Origin: Leptospirales bacterium
GTDB lineage: Bacteria > Spirochaetota > Leptospiria > Turneriellales > JAOUFE01
NCBI GenBank assembly: GCA_040326155.1
Contig: JBEQLE010000021.1
Span: 1 to 58,092, forward strand
Length of the DNA stretch: 58,092 nt
Direction: 5' to 3'
In this document: piece after piece, positions 29,034 to 37,516 of the stretch
Layout: each line of letters begins with the position of its first letter
Position numbering within the stretch: the first letter of the stretch is position 1
Position numbers and translations under genes: made by a program
The notes under the pieces: model-generated
What the model was told of the DNA's origin: nothing
The model's database searches: none
Seen by the model: only the letters and a program-made list of their open reading frames with translations

Positions 29034-29101
29034 AAGTATTATTGCTCTGGTGTGAACGAGTGCCTCAATTATGTAAGTAGTTAAGTATCTGTCAACTAGA
29101 A

Positions 29102-30376
29102 TCAGCGCTCTCCGACCCACCCGGAAAAGTAAATTTTTACAACCGCTCCCGGTTTCCCTTTTGCATTAGAAAGACTGGCAGACACATCATGATAGTAATA
29201 TTGCAATCTTTCACGTATATTGTCGAGAGTTTTCGAGCGAACTGTCTTCGTTTTCATTCCCCCGCCATTGTCTCTAATTATTATATTCGCACCGTCCACA
29301 TAAGATTTCACCGTTATGTCGAGCTCCAGAGTATACGGAAGTTCAGCATTATGTTTAAATGAATTTTCAATAATTGGCTGAATGGTCAGGGGGGGAATCA
29401 TAACGGAACTTACCGGCTCATCCCATTTTTGAATAACCTCCAGGTTTTTCCCGAGTCTTGAAAGCATAATGTTTAGAAAGTTGGTAATAAAAACTTTTTC
29501 ATGATGAATTGTAATAATTCGATGCGAGGCCTCATCGGTCAGAAAATGATACATATCTGCCAGGTCCATTAAAGCGCTACCCGCCCTGCGTGTATCCGAT
29601 TGCATCATGGAATAAATAGTATTTAAAGAATTAAATAGAAAATGAGGGCTCATTCGGTGTTGCAGGGCCTGCATCCGGGCTAATTGCACTTCTCTGGCGT
29701 CTTTTTTTCTTTTGAAAATGATTCTATTCGACGATTTAAATAAGGCGCTGCCATAAAAAGAAAAACTCAACGCGATAATAATTAAAACGATATTTTTGAA
29801 TTTCCCAATCGGTATTTCTGAATTCCAGACCAGTAAAAGATAGCCCCCGACAGTTACGCTTAGCAGGGTGCTTCCGACAAAAAAAATCAATCCATTTTCC
29901 TGTCCATACCGCAAGGCCTTTAAAGCAAAGTAGTAGTACATTAAACCCATTATCGTCCCTGTTATGAACACAACGTAGTATAGAGTTGTATTATGAAAAA
30001 TAGTGCTGAAGGCAAACAGACTTAACAATATGCTGATGGTCCACTTTTGTATGTGTCTGTATTTATGGATAATATCTCTAAGCTTTAAGACCTGGTTTGA
30101 GAATATAAATAAGGATATAAGAAAAGCAAAATAGAAAAAAATAATTTCATCGAGGCCCCATTCTCGTTGGTATTTAGACCCAAAAAAATTTGTTATAAAT
30201 AGAAGGCATATAAAAAAGAAAGTCATTATGGAATATACAAGCGTAGCCCCGTTTCTTGAAATAACCCATAAAAGTAGGTGATAAATAATTAATCCGGTTA
30301 ATATACCGAGTAAAATAATGGAGTAATCTAACATATGAAGTTCGGAAACCTTCTTTCCAGTACCTTTTGGGAGCAT
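29102..30376 (-). CDS. LytS-family histidine kinase with 7TM sensor region
   Basis: About 7 TM helices; MSPHFLFNSLN, PPLTIQPIIENSFKH, DNGGG and NIRERL motifs. Confidence 0.88.
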   Translation of the reverse strand: MLPKGTGKKVSELHMLDYSIILLGILTGLIIYHLLLWVISRNGATLVYSIMTFFFICLLFITNFFGSKYQREWGLDEIIFFYFAFLISLFIFSNQVLKLRDIIHKYRHIQKWTISILLSLFAFSTIFHNTTLYYVVFITGTIMGLMYYYFALKALRYGQENGLIFFVGSTLLSVTVGGYLLLVWNSEIPIGKFKNIVLIIIALSFSFYGSALFKSSNRIIFKRKKDAREVQLARMQALQHRMSPHFLFNSLNTIYSMMQSDTRRAGSALMDLADMYHFLTDEASHRIITIHHEKVFITNFLNIMLSRLGKNLEVIQKWDEPVSSVMIPPLTIQPIIENSFKHNAELPYTLELDITVKSYVDGANIIIRDNGGGMKTKTVRSKTLDNIRERLQYYYHDVSASLSNAKGKPGAVVKIYFSGWVGER

Positions 30377-30602
30377 TGGAAGTAAAGAAAATATAATATA
30401 ATTCTCTTTTTTATTTATTGCACAAAGTTTTACCCATAGTTTTCCCCTACACCTTGAAAAGCTCTGGAAATATTCTAATTTTTAATATAAAATAGGCTTG
30501 CAGATCTGTATGGTTAAATAAGAATGTACGAAAATAGATATGACATAATACTGTGTTTCGTACTTAAATGAATGATGAAGAAAATAAATTGGGACGTTGT
30601 TC

Positions 30603-30632
30603 AAAAAGAAAACGGGGAGCAGAAGCTCCCCG
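30603..30632 (-). terminator. Intrinsic terminator
   Basis: CGGGGAGC-TTCT-GCTCCCCG followed by TTTTCTTTTT. Confidence 0.85.
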
Positions 30633-30671
30633 AATGTCGTTGTAACCCATGCCAGCTAATGCCGAGTCATT
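30603..30671 (-). ncRNA. Candidate small RNA or attenuated leader (~69 nt)
   Basis: Bounded by a sigma70 promoter (30678-30706) and an intrinsic terminator; GC-richer than its AT-rich surroundings; family not recognised. Confidence 0.6.
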
Positions 30672-30677
30672 GACACC

Positions 30678-30706
30678 AAAGTAACATAAAGAAAGTGGGT
30701 TGTCAA
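30678..30706 (-). promoter_or_regulatory. Sigma70 promoter with extended -10
   Basis: TTGACA-N17-TACTTT, with TG at the extended -10 position. Confidence 0.75.
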
Positions 30707-30774
30707 GATACCTGGGTACTATAGAGTATAAAAGTGAACAAAATACGAAATAATATGAAAAACTGACCTTAATA

Positions 30775-31371
30775 ATGAAAAGTTATTTTAAATATCTTCC
30801 GTTTAAGCATATTCTGTATCGAATCTGGGCATTTCTGATTATTGTTCCACTTTTTTCTCTTCCACTTTTTATGCCACAATATTTAGAGAAAGATGTAGTA
30901 AAAATGGATATTGCCACCATGGCCGGTCGGTGGGTGTATGAGAATTCCGGATGCCATTATTGCCATACTCGAAATATCAATTATTCTGCATGGTCGCTCG
31001 CTCGAATGCGTACCGGAGCGCCGAATTTTCCCATTGTACCCAAATACAAGTATCCTGACACGGAGTTTTCTCACCTGAGTGGCAATCGAAGGGTTGGACC
31101 AGATTTAATAAGTTTTTCTGGCCGGGTAAACCGCCATTATATCGAAGCTAAACTACGTGAGCCTCAAAAAGTCTGGCGCTATACCATAATGCCCTCTTAT
31201 GATCACCTTTTTCAAACTAACGCACTCAGTAATAGAGAATTAATTACCTGGCTTTATTGGAAATTACCTGCTACTGAAAATGAACAAATATTATTACAGC
31301 AAATAAAATATTCTATGCAAAACAGATCAATGGGTGAGCTTTTAATTGAATATCTACAAAAGGGATCTTAA
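30775..31371 (+). CDS. cbb3-type oxidase subunit II-like (CcoO/FixO) monoheme cytochrome c
   Basis: GRWVY..GCHYCH, GNRRVGPDL and IMPSY motifs. Confidence 0.78.
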   Translation: MKSYFKYLPFKHILYRIWAFLIIVPLFSLPLFMPQYLEKDVVKMDIATMAGRWVYENSGCHYCHTRNINYSAWSLARMRTGAPNFPIVPKYKYPDTEFSHLSGNRRVGPDLISFSGRVNRHYIEAKLREPQKVWRYTIMPSYDHLFQTNALSNRELITWLYWKLPATENEQILLQQIKYSMQNRSMGELLIEYLQKGS

Positions 31372-31796
31372 TGATCTATAAAAAGTTAGTTTTGTGTCTG
31401 TTTTTATTTCCCTTTTTCGTTATTGCTTGCGGTGATGAACGTCCTGTTATATTTTTAGAGTCAATCGATATCGAGAATTTTTCGGGGTATGGAGTTAATT
31501 TCTCAGAAGGGGATGATCGCAAAATTGAAAAAATTGCATTAAAATATCATTACAATTGTTCTACTTGCCATAAAAGTTCCATAGCAATTGGTCCTGACTT
31601 GAAAGACGACAAGTGGACCCATGGAAAAACTCCATTGCAGATTTTTCGAGTTATTTATCAGGGTGTAAATGAAAATGTTACTCGTGAAAGGCCACCCAAA
31701 GGTCCAATGCCCGCTTTTGGCGGAAGAATGTCTTCGCACCATATCTGGGATATCGCCGTATGGCTCTCGGGTGAATATAAAACTACTGAAGAATAA
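31371..31796 (+). CDS. CcoP-like monoheme c-type cytochrome lipoprotein
   Basis: VIA-C lipobox; CSTCH, GPDLKDDKWTHG and MPAFG motifs. Confidence 0.78.
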   Translation: MIYKKLVLCLFLFPFFVIACGDERPVIFLESIDIENFSGYGVNFSEGDDRKIEKIALKYHYNCSTCHKSSIAIGPDLKDDKWTHGKTPLQIFRVIYQGVNENVTRERPPKGPMPAFGGRMSSHHIWDIAVWLSGEYKTTEE

Positions 31797-31811
31797 GGTA
31801 TTGTATAAACA

Positions 31812-32522
31812 TCAATACAATATAGAAATTTTGAAATAAGGTTTCCACGTCATCGTTGTATGTTCTCCGATTTTGCTTTGCCATGTCGTATATGAAAATT
31901 CAACACCCAGCCCGAGAAAGATTGTATCGGGTATGGGTTTTCGCATCGTACCGAGAGGGTCGAATAATACCTCAAGTCCGGTTCGAATATGAAAAAACGA
32001 ATCCAGTCTTTTCATATAGAGTACAATCGGTATTTCAACCGGAACATTGATTCTAAAATGGTTTCCAAGAAAGAGATCGACCGAGATTACCGGGCTAAGA
32101 TGTATTAAAAAAGAGGGTTTACTGAAATTACCAAATATAAAACCATAATGTCCGACTCGTATCCCGGCATTAAAAAGCAGGTTGTTTGCTCGCGCGACCA
32201 GGTATTGCACTTCGATAAAACCAAAACTGTATTTATGAGACAAATCGTTATCCAGAAAGCTGGAATCTTGTTTATAATAACTCGTCATGTGAAATGCTTC
32301 GGGAAAAAACTGAATAAAGGTACGCAGGTCATAATCTATAGAGGCTCCTTCGAGAGTAAAAGGCATGGACCACACCCCGGAAGTTTGCAAGGGAACAGGG
32401 GAGGTTTGAAAAGAGCGTTCTACTCGAGTGCTAAGTGCTAGATATCCGTCTGCTTCATTGAGAGAATAAACAGCAGGGGTTAAATAGAAAAATACAAATG
32501 TTAAAAGAAGGAATTTTTTCAT
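31812..32522 (-). CDS. Putative outer-membrane beta-barrel protein
   Basis: Signal peptide; amphipathic strands; C-terminal YFKISILY. Confidence 0.6.
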   Translation of the reverse strand: MKKFLLLTFVFFYLTPAVYSLNEADGYLALSTRVERSFQTSPVPLQTSGVWSMPFTLEGASIDYDLRTFIQFFPEAFHMTSYYKQDSSFLDNDLSHKYSFGFIEVQYLVARANNLLFNAGIRVGHYGFIFGNFSKPSFLIHLSPVISVDLFLGNHFRINVPVEIPIVLYMKRLDSFFHIRTGLEVLFDPLGTMRKPIPDTIFLGLGVEFSYTTWQSKIGEHTTMTWKPYFKISILY

Positions 32523-32878
32523 GGTTTATACTCTTCTTCAGATTTTCCCGCTTCATCTAATACCATTTCAGGAATTTCCACAAATTCAACCGGTTGCATC
32601 AATTCGGGTGAAACCGAAGAAGACAATGCTTCTTTTATTTCTGCCGCAGGCTGTTTTTTTATTGCCGGTTTCGCTTCGACTACTTTTTTTACTTCCTTTT
32701 TTTTAGGAGGTGAAACCACAGTTTTTTTGGAGACAGGTTTTGACTTTACTCGCCTCGGTTTTTTTTTAGACTCTTCTTTCACTTCATAAAGTTCAGTGAC
32801 GTCAAATTTTGTATGAAAATCAGTATTTTTCCACATGTTTAAGAATGGGACTCCGATTGTTTTTCTATTGGCAAGCAA
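32519..32878 (-). CDS. Hypothetical K/P/E-rich low-complexity protein
   Basis: Overlapping start/stop coupling on both sides. Confidence 0.55.
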   Translation of the reverse strand: MLANRKTIGVPFLNMWKNTDFHTKFDVTELYEVKEESKKKPRRVKSKPVSKKTVVSPPKKKEVKKVVEAKPAIKKQPAAEIKEALSSSVSPELMQPVEFVEIPEMVLDEAGKSEEEYKP

Positions 32879-33179
32879 TTTTTATATTTATCGGTAAATC
32901 TTTTTTTAGTATCCATAGGCCTGTCCTGTATTTTCCCCGTTTTAGAATGCGAACTTTACCGCGATTGTTGGCGATATTACCCTGGAATTCCATATATACA
33001 CTACGGTGCAAACTTCCGAGGGTACCCGTACATCTTTTGTTTGATATCATTTTCGGCTCAATACGAATTTGTATCAGTTTTTTTTGTTGTGGAATTTCCA
33101 GAAAAAGATCTATATGATTACGAGTGTCTTTTTGTCCAAAGTAGTGGTAACTGAGCGTGTATCGGCTGCTTATATTCAC
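32865..33179 (-). CDS. Stand-alone LigD 3'-phosphoesterase-like domain protein
   Basis: HIDLFLE ... HRSVYMEFQGNI...RGKVRILKRGKY resembles LigD_N HxDxxLE...HxxxYxxFxG. Confidence 0.6.
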   Translation of the reverse strand: MNISSRYTLSYHYFGQKDTRNHIDLFLEIPQQKKLIQIRIEPKMISNKRCTGTLGSLHRSVYMEFQGNIANNRGKVRILKRGKYRTGLWILKKDLPINIKIACQ

Positions 33180-34243
33180 CGTTTGACCGATAATAGAGAT
33201 AAGTTATGAAACTTTTGAACGCCAAGATCAATAATTTTTTGAATGAGACTGGGGCCGTCCAACCCGTTTTCAAGCCAGAGCATAGGGAACATGCTGACCG
33301 GAGTAAAACCGGGCAGGGTGTTAATCTCGTTTAACAATATTTTGCCATTTGCTTTATCCATAAAAAAGTCGATTCGGGCAAACCCGTCTCCAGATGTGGC
33401 GGCAAAAGCTTTTAAGGCCATAGATTGAATTTGCTGCTTCTCTTTTTCCGTTATTTGAGCCGGAATAGTCAAAGATGCTCCGTCTTTGTCGAGGTATTTT
33501 GCTTCGTAAGAGTAAAAATTATGGTTCGGTTCAATTTCACCGATTTGCGAAACCTGGTAATCGGGATAATTTCCTAGAATAGAAATTTCGAGTTCTCGTA
33601 CATTCTTCCCTTCTTCACACAATAAAAAATCATCGTATTGCAGCGCTTCTTCTATGGCTTTACTGATTTCATTTTCATGCGCTACTTTATGAACGCCCAC
33701 GGAACTACCCATTCGACAGGGTTTAATAAACACCGGATAAGCAAAATTACTCGAAATTTTATCTTCAACTGCATTTGAATCGTTCTCCCATTCGCTTCTA
33801 CTTATTCGAGTATATTGAACCTGGGGCAGGTCGTGCTGATTAAACATTTGACGAGCAAAATATTTATCCATGCATAAAGAGGAACAAAGAACACCGGCTC
33901 CGGCATAGGGAATACGGAAAAAATCGAGAAGACCTTGTAAAGTACCGTCTTCGCCCCCGGTACCATGGATAATCGGGAAAACAAAGTCAAAAGTGACGGA
34001 CTCATTTTCATTGACAAGTTCCGGTGGATCGCCGGGAACTAATCTGACCGGTCTTTTTATATTTTTTTCAGGATTGGTATGAACACGTTCTTGAAGATGC
34101 CATTCGCCATGTCTGTCGATATATACGGGAATGACTTTATAGCCAGCTGTGAGAATGTTTTTTTCGATGAACTGGGCCGAAATGCACGAAACATCATGTT
34201 CGCCGGAACGACCACCATATAAAAGTGCAACACTGTTTACCAC
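33176..34243 (-). CDS. ddl: D-alanine--D-alanine ligase
   Basis: GGRSGEHDVS, HGTGGEDG, GSSVG and NEINTLPGFT motifs. Confidence 0.96.
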   Translation of the reverse strand: MVNSVALLYGGRSGEHDVSCISAQFIEKNILTAGYKVIPVYIDRHGEWHLQERVHTNPEKNIKRPVRLVPGDPPELVNENESVTFDFVFPIIHGTGGEDGTLQGLLDFFRIPYAGAGVLCSSLCMDKYFARQMFNQHDLPQVQYTRISRSEWENDSNAVEDKISSNFAYPVFIKPCRMGSSVGVHKVAHENEISKAIEEALQYDDFLLCEEGKNVRELEISILGNYPDYQVSQIGEIEPNHNFYSYEAKYLDKDGASLTIPAQITEKEKQQIQSMALKAFAATSGDGFARIDFFMDKANGKILLNEINTLPGFTPVSMFPMLWLENGLDGPSLIQKIIDLGVQKFHNLSLLSVKR

Positions 34244-34256
34244 GGTAGGGTCTCAG

Positions 34257-34583
34257 TTATATTATACCTGTGTCATCTTCGTAGATAGTAAAGAATTGAT
34301 CTAGAGTTGCCAGTTTTAAGACATTCAATACATCTTCTTTAATTTTCATTAAAGCGAACTTTCCACCTCTGGCTTTAATCTTTTTTTGTCCAGCAACAAG
34401 CGCGCCAATACCGGATGAATCCAGGTAGTTTGTTTCGCTCATATCTATGACTAAAGATTCAATACCATCTTTTTCTACAATTTCAAAGATGGCCTGTTTT
34501 AGTTCACTCACATTATATAGATCGACATCACCGATAATTTCAATAATTTGGTGGATACCACGTTCTCTGGTTTTAATTTCCAT
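34257..34583 (-). CDS. STAS-domain anti-sigma-factor antagonist
   Basis: GDVDL and YLDSSGIGALV motifs. Confidence 0.9.
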   Translation of the reverse strand: MEIKTRERGIHQIIEIIGDVDLYNVSELKQAIFEIVEKDGIESLVIDMSETNYLDSSGIGALVAGQKKIKARGGKFALMKIKEDVLNVLKLATLDQFFTIYEDDTGII

Positions 34584-34801
34584 GTTTCAGCTCTTTATTC
34601 ACCTTTAGTCTAAATAATATCCTGCTGCTATATTCAACTGAAGATATGCAACACGCTTTATTCGATTTGAACCACCGTATAAGTATATTTCACGACGTCA
34701 AGGAAATAGGCTATTTAACAATATTAATATACCGGATATATTGAGAATGTGTCATTAAAGAAAATAAATTCATGCCTATGGACCTATATGTTCACATATC
34801 G

Positions 34802-34829
34802 TTGACGCTTTATTTCTAACCGGTATTCT
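34802..34829 (+). promoter_or_regulatory. Sigma70-type promoter, leaderless geometry
   Basis: TTGACG-N16-TATTCT, then 6 nt to GTG 34836; no SD sequence. Confidence 0.55.
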
Positions 34830-34835
34830 GGATAC

Positions 34836-36479
34836 GTGAAAGAGGTTAAATATATTTTCGTTACTGGCGGAGTGGCGAGCGCTTTGGGTAAAGGGGTGAG
34901 CATTGCTTCGATAGGTGCTTTGTTAGAAGCAAGAGGTTATAACGTGACCATACAAAAGCTCGATCCTTATTTGAATATTGACCCGGGAACAATGAGTCCC
35001 TATCAGCATGGTGAAGTTTACGTTACGAAAGATGGCGCTGAAACCGATTTAGACCTTGGTTATTACGAAAGGTACACTTCTGCTGAGCTTGATCGTAAAA
35101 ATTCGGTGTCAACCGGTCAAATTTACAACACAGTTATCCAGCGGGAACGTCGTGGAGAATACCTGGGCAGGACCGTTCAGGTCATTCCCCACATAACGAA
35201 TGAAATAAAAAATAGAATACTGCAACTTGTAAAAGGTAACTCTGAACTGGATTTTGTACTTGTTGAGATTGGCGGTACAGTAGGCGATATTGAGTCCGTT
35301 CCTTTTCTGGAGGCGATTCGGCAATTTCGTTTAGATCAGGGGTATGAAAGAACAATGTATGTTCATTTGACCCTTGTTCCTACCATTTCGACTGCGGGTG
35401 AGGTTAAAACGAAACCAACCCAGCACTCTGTAAAAGAGTTATTGAAACAAGGAATTCAGCCGGACATTTTAATTTGCCGTGCAACCTACGCCCTCGATGA
35501 AGATGTAAAATCGAAAATTTCTCTATTTTGTAATGTTAAGATGGAACGTGTTATATCGGCGCCGGATATTGAAAAAACTATATACGAAATTCCAATCATA
35601 TACCACAAAGAACACCTTGATGACGAAATTATAAAATACTTTCACTTGCAAGACGAATCTCCAATTTTTGAAGGGATGGTAAACCCTATGCTTGAAAAAT
35701 GGGAGAGGGTCATCGATGTGTTTCGAAATCCCGAAGAAGAGGTCACTATTGCCATGGTGGGTAAATACGTTTCGCTATCAGATGCGTATCGTAGTTTAAA
35801 TGAAGCTCTCTGGCATGGCGGCATATCACAAAAAGTTTGTATAAAATTGAAATATATCGATTCAGAAGAGTTGACAACGGAAAATGTGAATGAAAAACTT
35901 CAGGGGGCAAGAGGAATAGTTGTGCCAGGAGGTTTTGGAGAACGGGGAATCGAAGGAAAACTGATTGCCGTTCATTATGCCAGGACCAAAAAAATACCAT
36001 ATTTTGGAATTTGCCTGGGTATGCAATGTGCGGTTATCGAGTATGCTCGTAATGTAATGGGCTTTGCAGATGCAAACTCGACAGAGTTTAACGCTAAAAC
36101 AGAATGTCCAGTAATCAGTATTATGGAAGATCAAATTGGCATTGCAGATAAAGGTGGAACAATGCGGTTGGGACACTACCCGGCTAAGTTGAAATCGGGA
36201 ACCTTACTTGTCAAAATATACCAAAAGAATGAAATTTTAGAGCGACATCGACATCGTTTTGAATTTAACAATAAATATATCGAAGATTTTTCAAAAAGTT
36301 CTATGATTATTAACGCTACTTCTCCTGATGGAAAGCTGGTTGAAGCTGTCGAATTACCGCAATCGGAACACCCATGGTTCGTTGCAACTCAGTTTCACCC
36401 TGAATTTCAATCGAAGCCACTCGAACCTCACCCGTTATTTCAGGGTTTTATTGAAGCTGCTCGAAAAGTGAAACAATAG
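34836..36479 (+). CDS. pyrG: CTP synthase
   Basis: TGGVASALGKG, KTKPTQHSV, GICLGMQ and QFHPEF motifs. Confidence 0.98.
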   Translation: MKEVKYIFVTGGVASALGKGVSIASIGALLEARGYNVTIQKLDPYLNIDPGTMSPYQHGEVYVTKDGAETDLDLGYYERYTSAELDRKNSVSTGQIYNTVIQRERRGEYLGRTVQVIPHITNEIKNRILQLVKGNSELDFVLVEIGGTVGDIESVPFLEAIRQFRLDQGYERTMYVHLTLVPTISTAGEVKTKPTQHSVKELLKQGIQPDILICRATYALDEDVKSKISLFCNVKMERVISAPDIEKTIYEIPIIYHKEHLDDEIIKYFHLQDESPIFEGMVNPMLEKWERVIDVFRNPEEEVTIAMVGKYVSLSDAYRSLNEALWHGGISQKVCIKLKYIDSEELTTENVNEKLQGARGIVVPGGFGERGIEGKLIAVHYARTKKIPYFGICLGMQCAVIEYARNVMGFADANSTEFNAKTECPVISIMEDQIGIADKGGTMRLGHYPAKLKSGTLLVKIYQKNEILERHRHRFEFNNKYIEDFSKSSMIINATSPDGKLVEAVELPQSEHPWFVATQFHPEFQSKPLEPHPLFQGFIEAARKVKQ

Positions 36480-36620
36480 TAGAGGTTTTCTGAAAAATAG
36501 ATTACATTTAGCGGGTAAGATTCGTCTTAAATAAGTAGTTCTAAATTTTGTTGTTTTTGCCTCAATATTGTTAAATTGACAAAGTTTATGTAAAATAAGA
36601 AAGAAAAGTTGCTTGTTTTA

Positions 36621-36648
36621 TCGAGTTTAGAAAAAAAATTGTCGAAAA
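36621..36648 (+). promoter_or_regulatory. Possible sigma28 (FliA)-type promoter
   Basis: TCGAGTTT-N12-GTCGAAAA versus consensus TAAAGTTT-N11-GCCGATAA, upstream of the che operon. Confidence 0.35.
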
Positions 36649-36724
36649 TTGAATATTGGCAATGACATGTGAATAATAATGTATATTGAAGCATATCATA
36701 TAAATAAAAAGTAAAGAGGAATCT

Positions 36725-37102
36725 ATGAGTAAGACAATAATGATTATCGACGATTCGGCCTCCATACGGCAGGTTGTAGGGCTGACATTACGAGATGCTG
36801 GCTATGAGGTGATTGAAGCGGTCGATGGGCAAGACGCCCTGGAGAAACTTACCGGTAATAAGGTGAACCTGATTATTTGCGATGTAAATATGCCCAATAT
36901 GGATGGCATAACATTCGTAAAAGAATTAAAAGGAGAACCTCAATATTCAAGTTACAAATTTACTCCAATTATTATGCTGACTACCGAATCAGAGGAGTCA
37001 AAAAAGTTGGAAGGGCAGGCTGCCGGAGCAAAAGCCTGGATAGTAAAGCCCTTTCTTCCAGAAAAATTATTAGTGGCAGTGCAAAAACTGAGTCTGCCAT
37101 AA
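36725..37102 (+). CDS. cheY: Chemotaxis response regulator
   Basis: Single REC domain: IDDS, CDVNMPNMDG, MLTTES, WIVKPF. Confidence 0.9.
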   Translation: MSKTIMIIDDSASIRQVVGLTLRDAGYEVIEAVDGQDALEKLTGNKVNLIICDVNMPNMDGITFVKELKGEPQYSSYKFTPIIMLTTESEESKKLEGQAAGAKAWIVKPFLPEKLLVAVQKLSLP

Positions 37103-37112
37103 AGGAAATATT

Positions 37113-37490
37113 ATGGATGTACAAATCCAGGAAAAAGGCGAACACTCGATTGTAAAGCTGGAAGGGGAACTGACAATATATTTTGCCTCTCAGGTTCTTG
37201 ATGCTATATACGATCTGCTGAATAAAACGGATAAAATTGCCGTAGACCTTTCGGGTATTATTGAGGCGGATACATCGGGTATTCAAGCTTTAATCGTAAT
37301 AAAACGAGAAGCCTTTCGAAGAAAGAAAACCATAAAATATGTAAACCATAGCGAAATAATCGTACGTCTCATAGATCTGTTGGGTCTTGTCGGACTTTTC
37401 GGTGATAAAATAAAAATTCCGGCAGAAAACCGGGATAATTATGCATTTCATTATGGAGTTAAAAAACAGAATTTCAACTTCAGTGGTTAG
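37113..37490 (+). CDS. STAS-domain protein of the che operon
   Basis: GELTIY and DLSGI.EADTSGIQAL motifs. Confidence 0.85.
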   Translation: MDVQIQEKGEHSIVKLEGELTIYFASQVLDAIYDLLNKTDKIAVDLSGIIEADTSGIQALIVIKREAFRRKKTIKYVNHSEIIVRLIDLLGLVGLFGDKIKIPAENRDNYAFHYGVKKQNFNFSG

Positions 37491-37516
37491 AGTCGAATGA
37501 ACAAGGTGGGGGTAAA

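Noticed and set aside
30411..30437. Upstream ATG with SD as a longer, interrupted start for the LytS kinase
   Set aside because: It lies 61 nt upstream of ATG 30376, so it is out of frame, and it stops after 8 codons.
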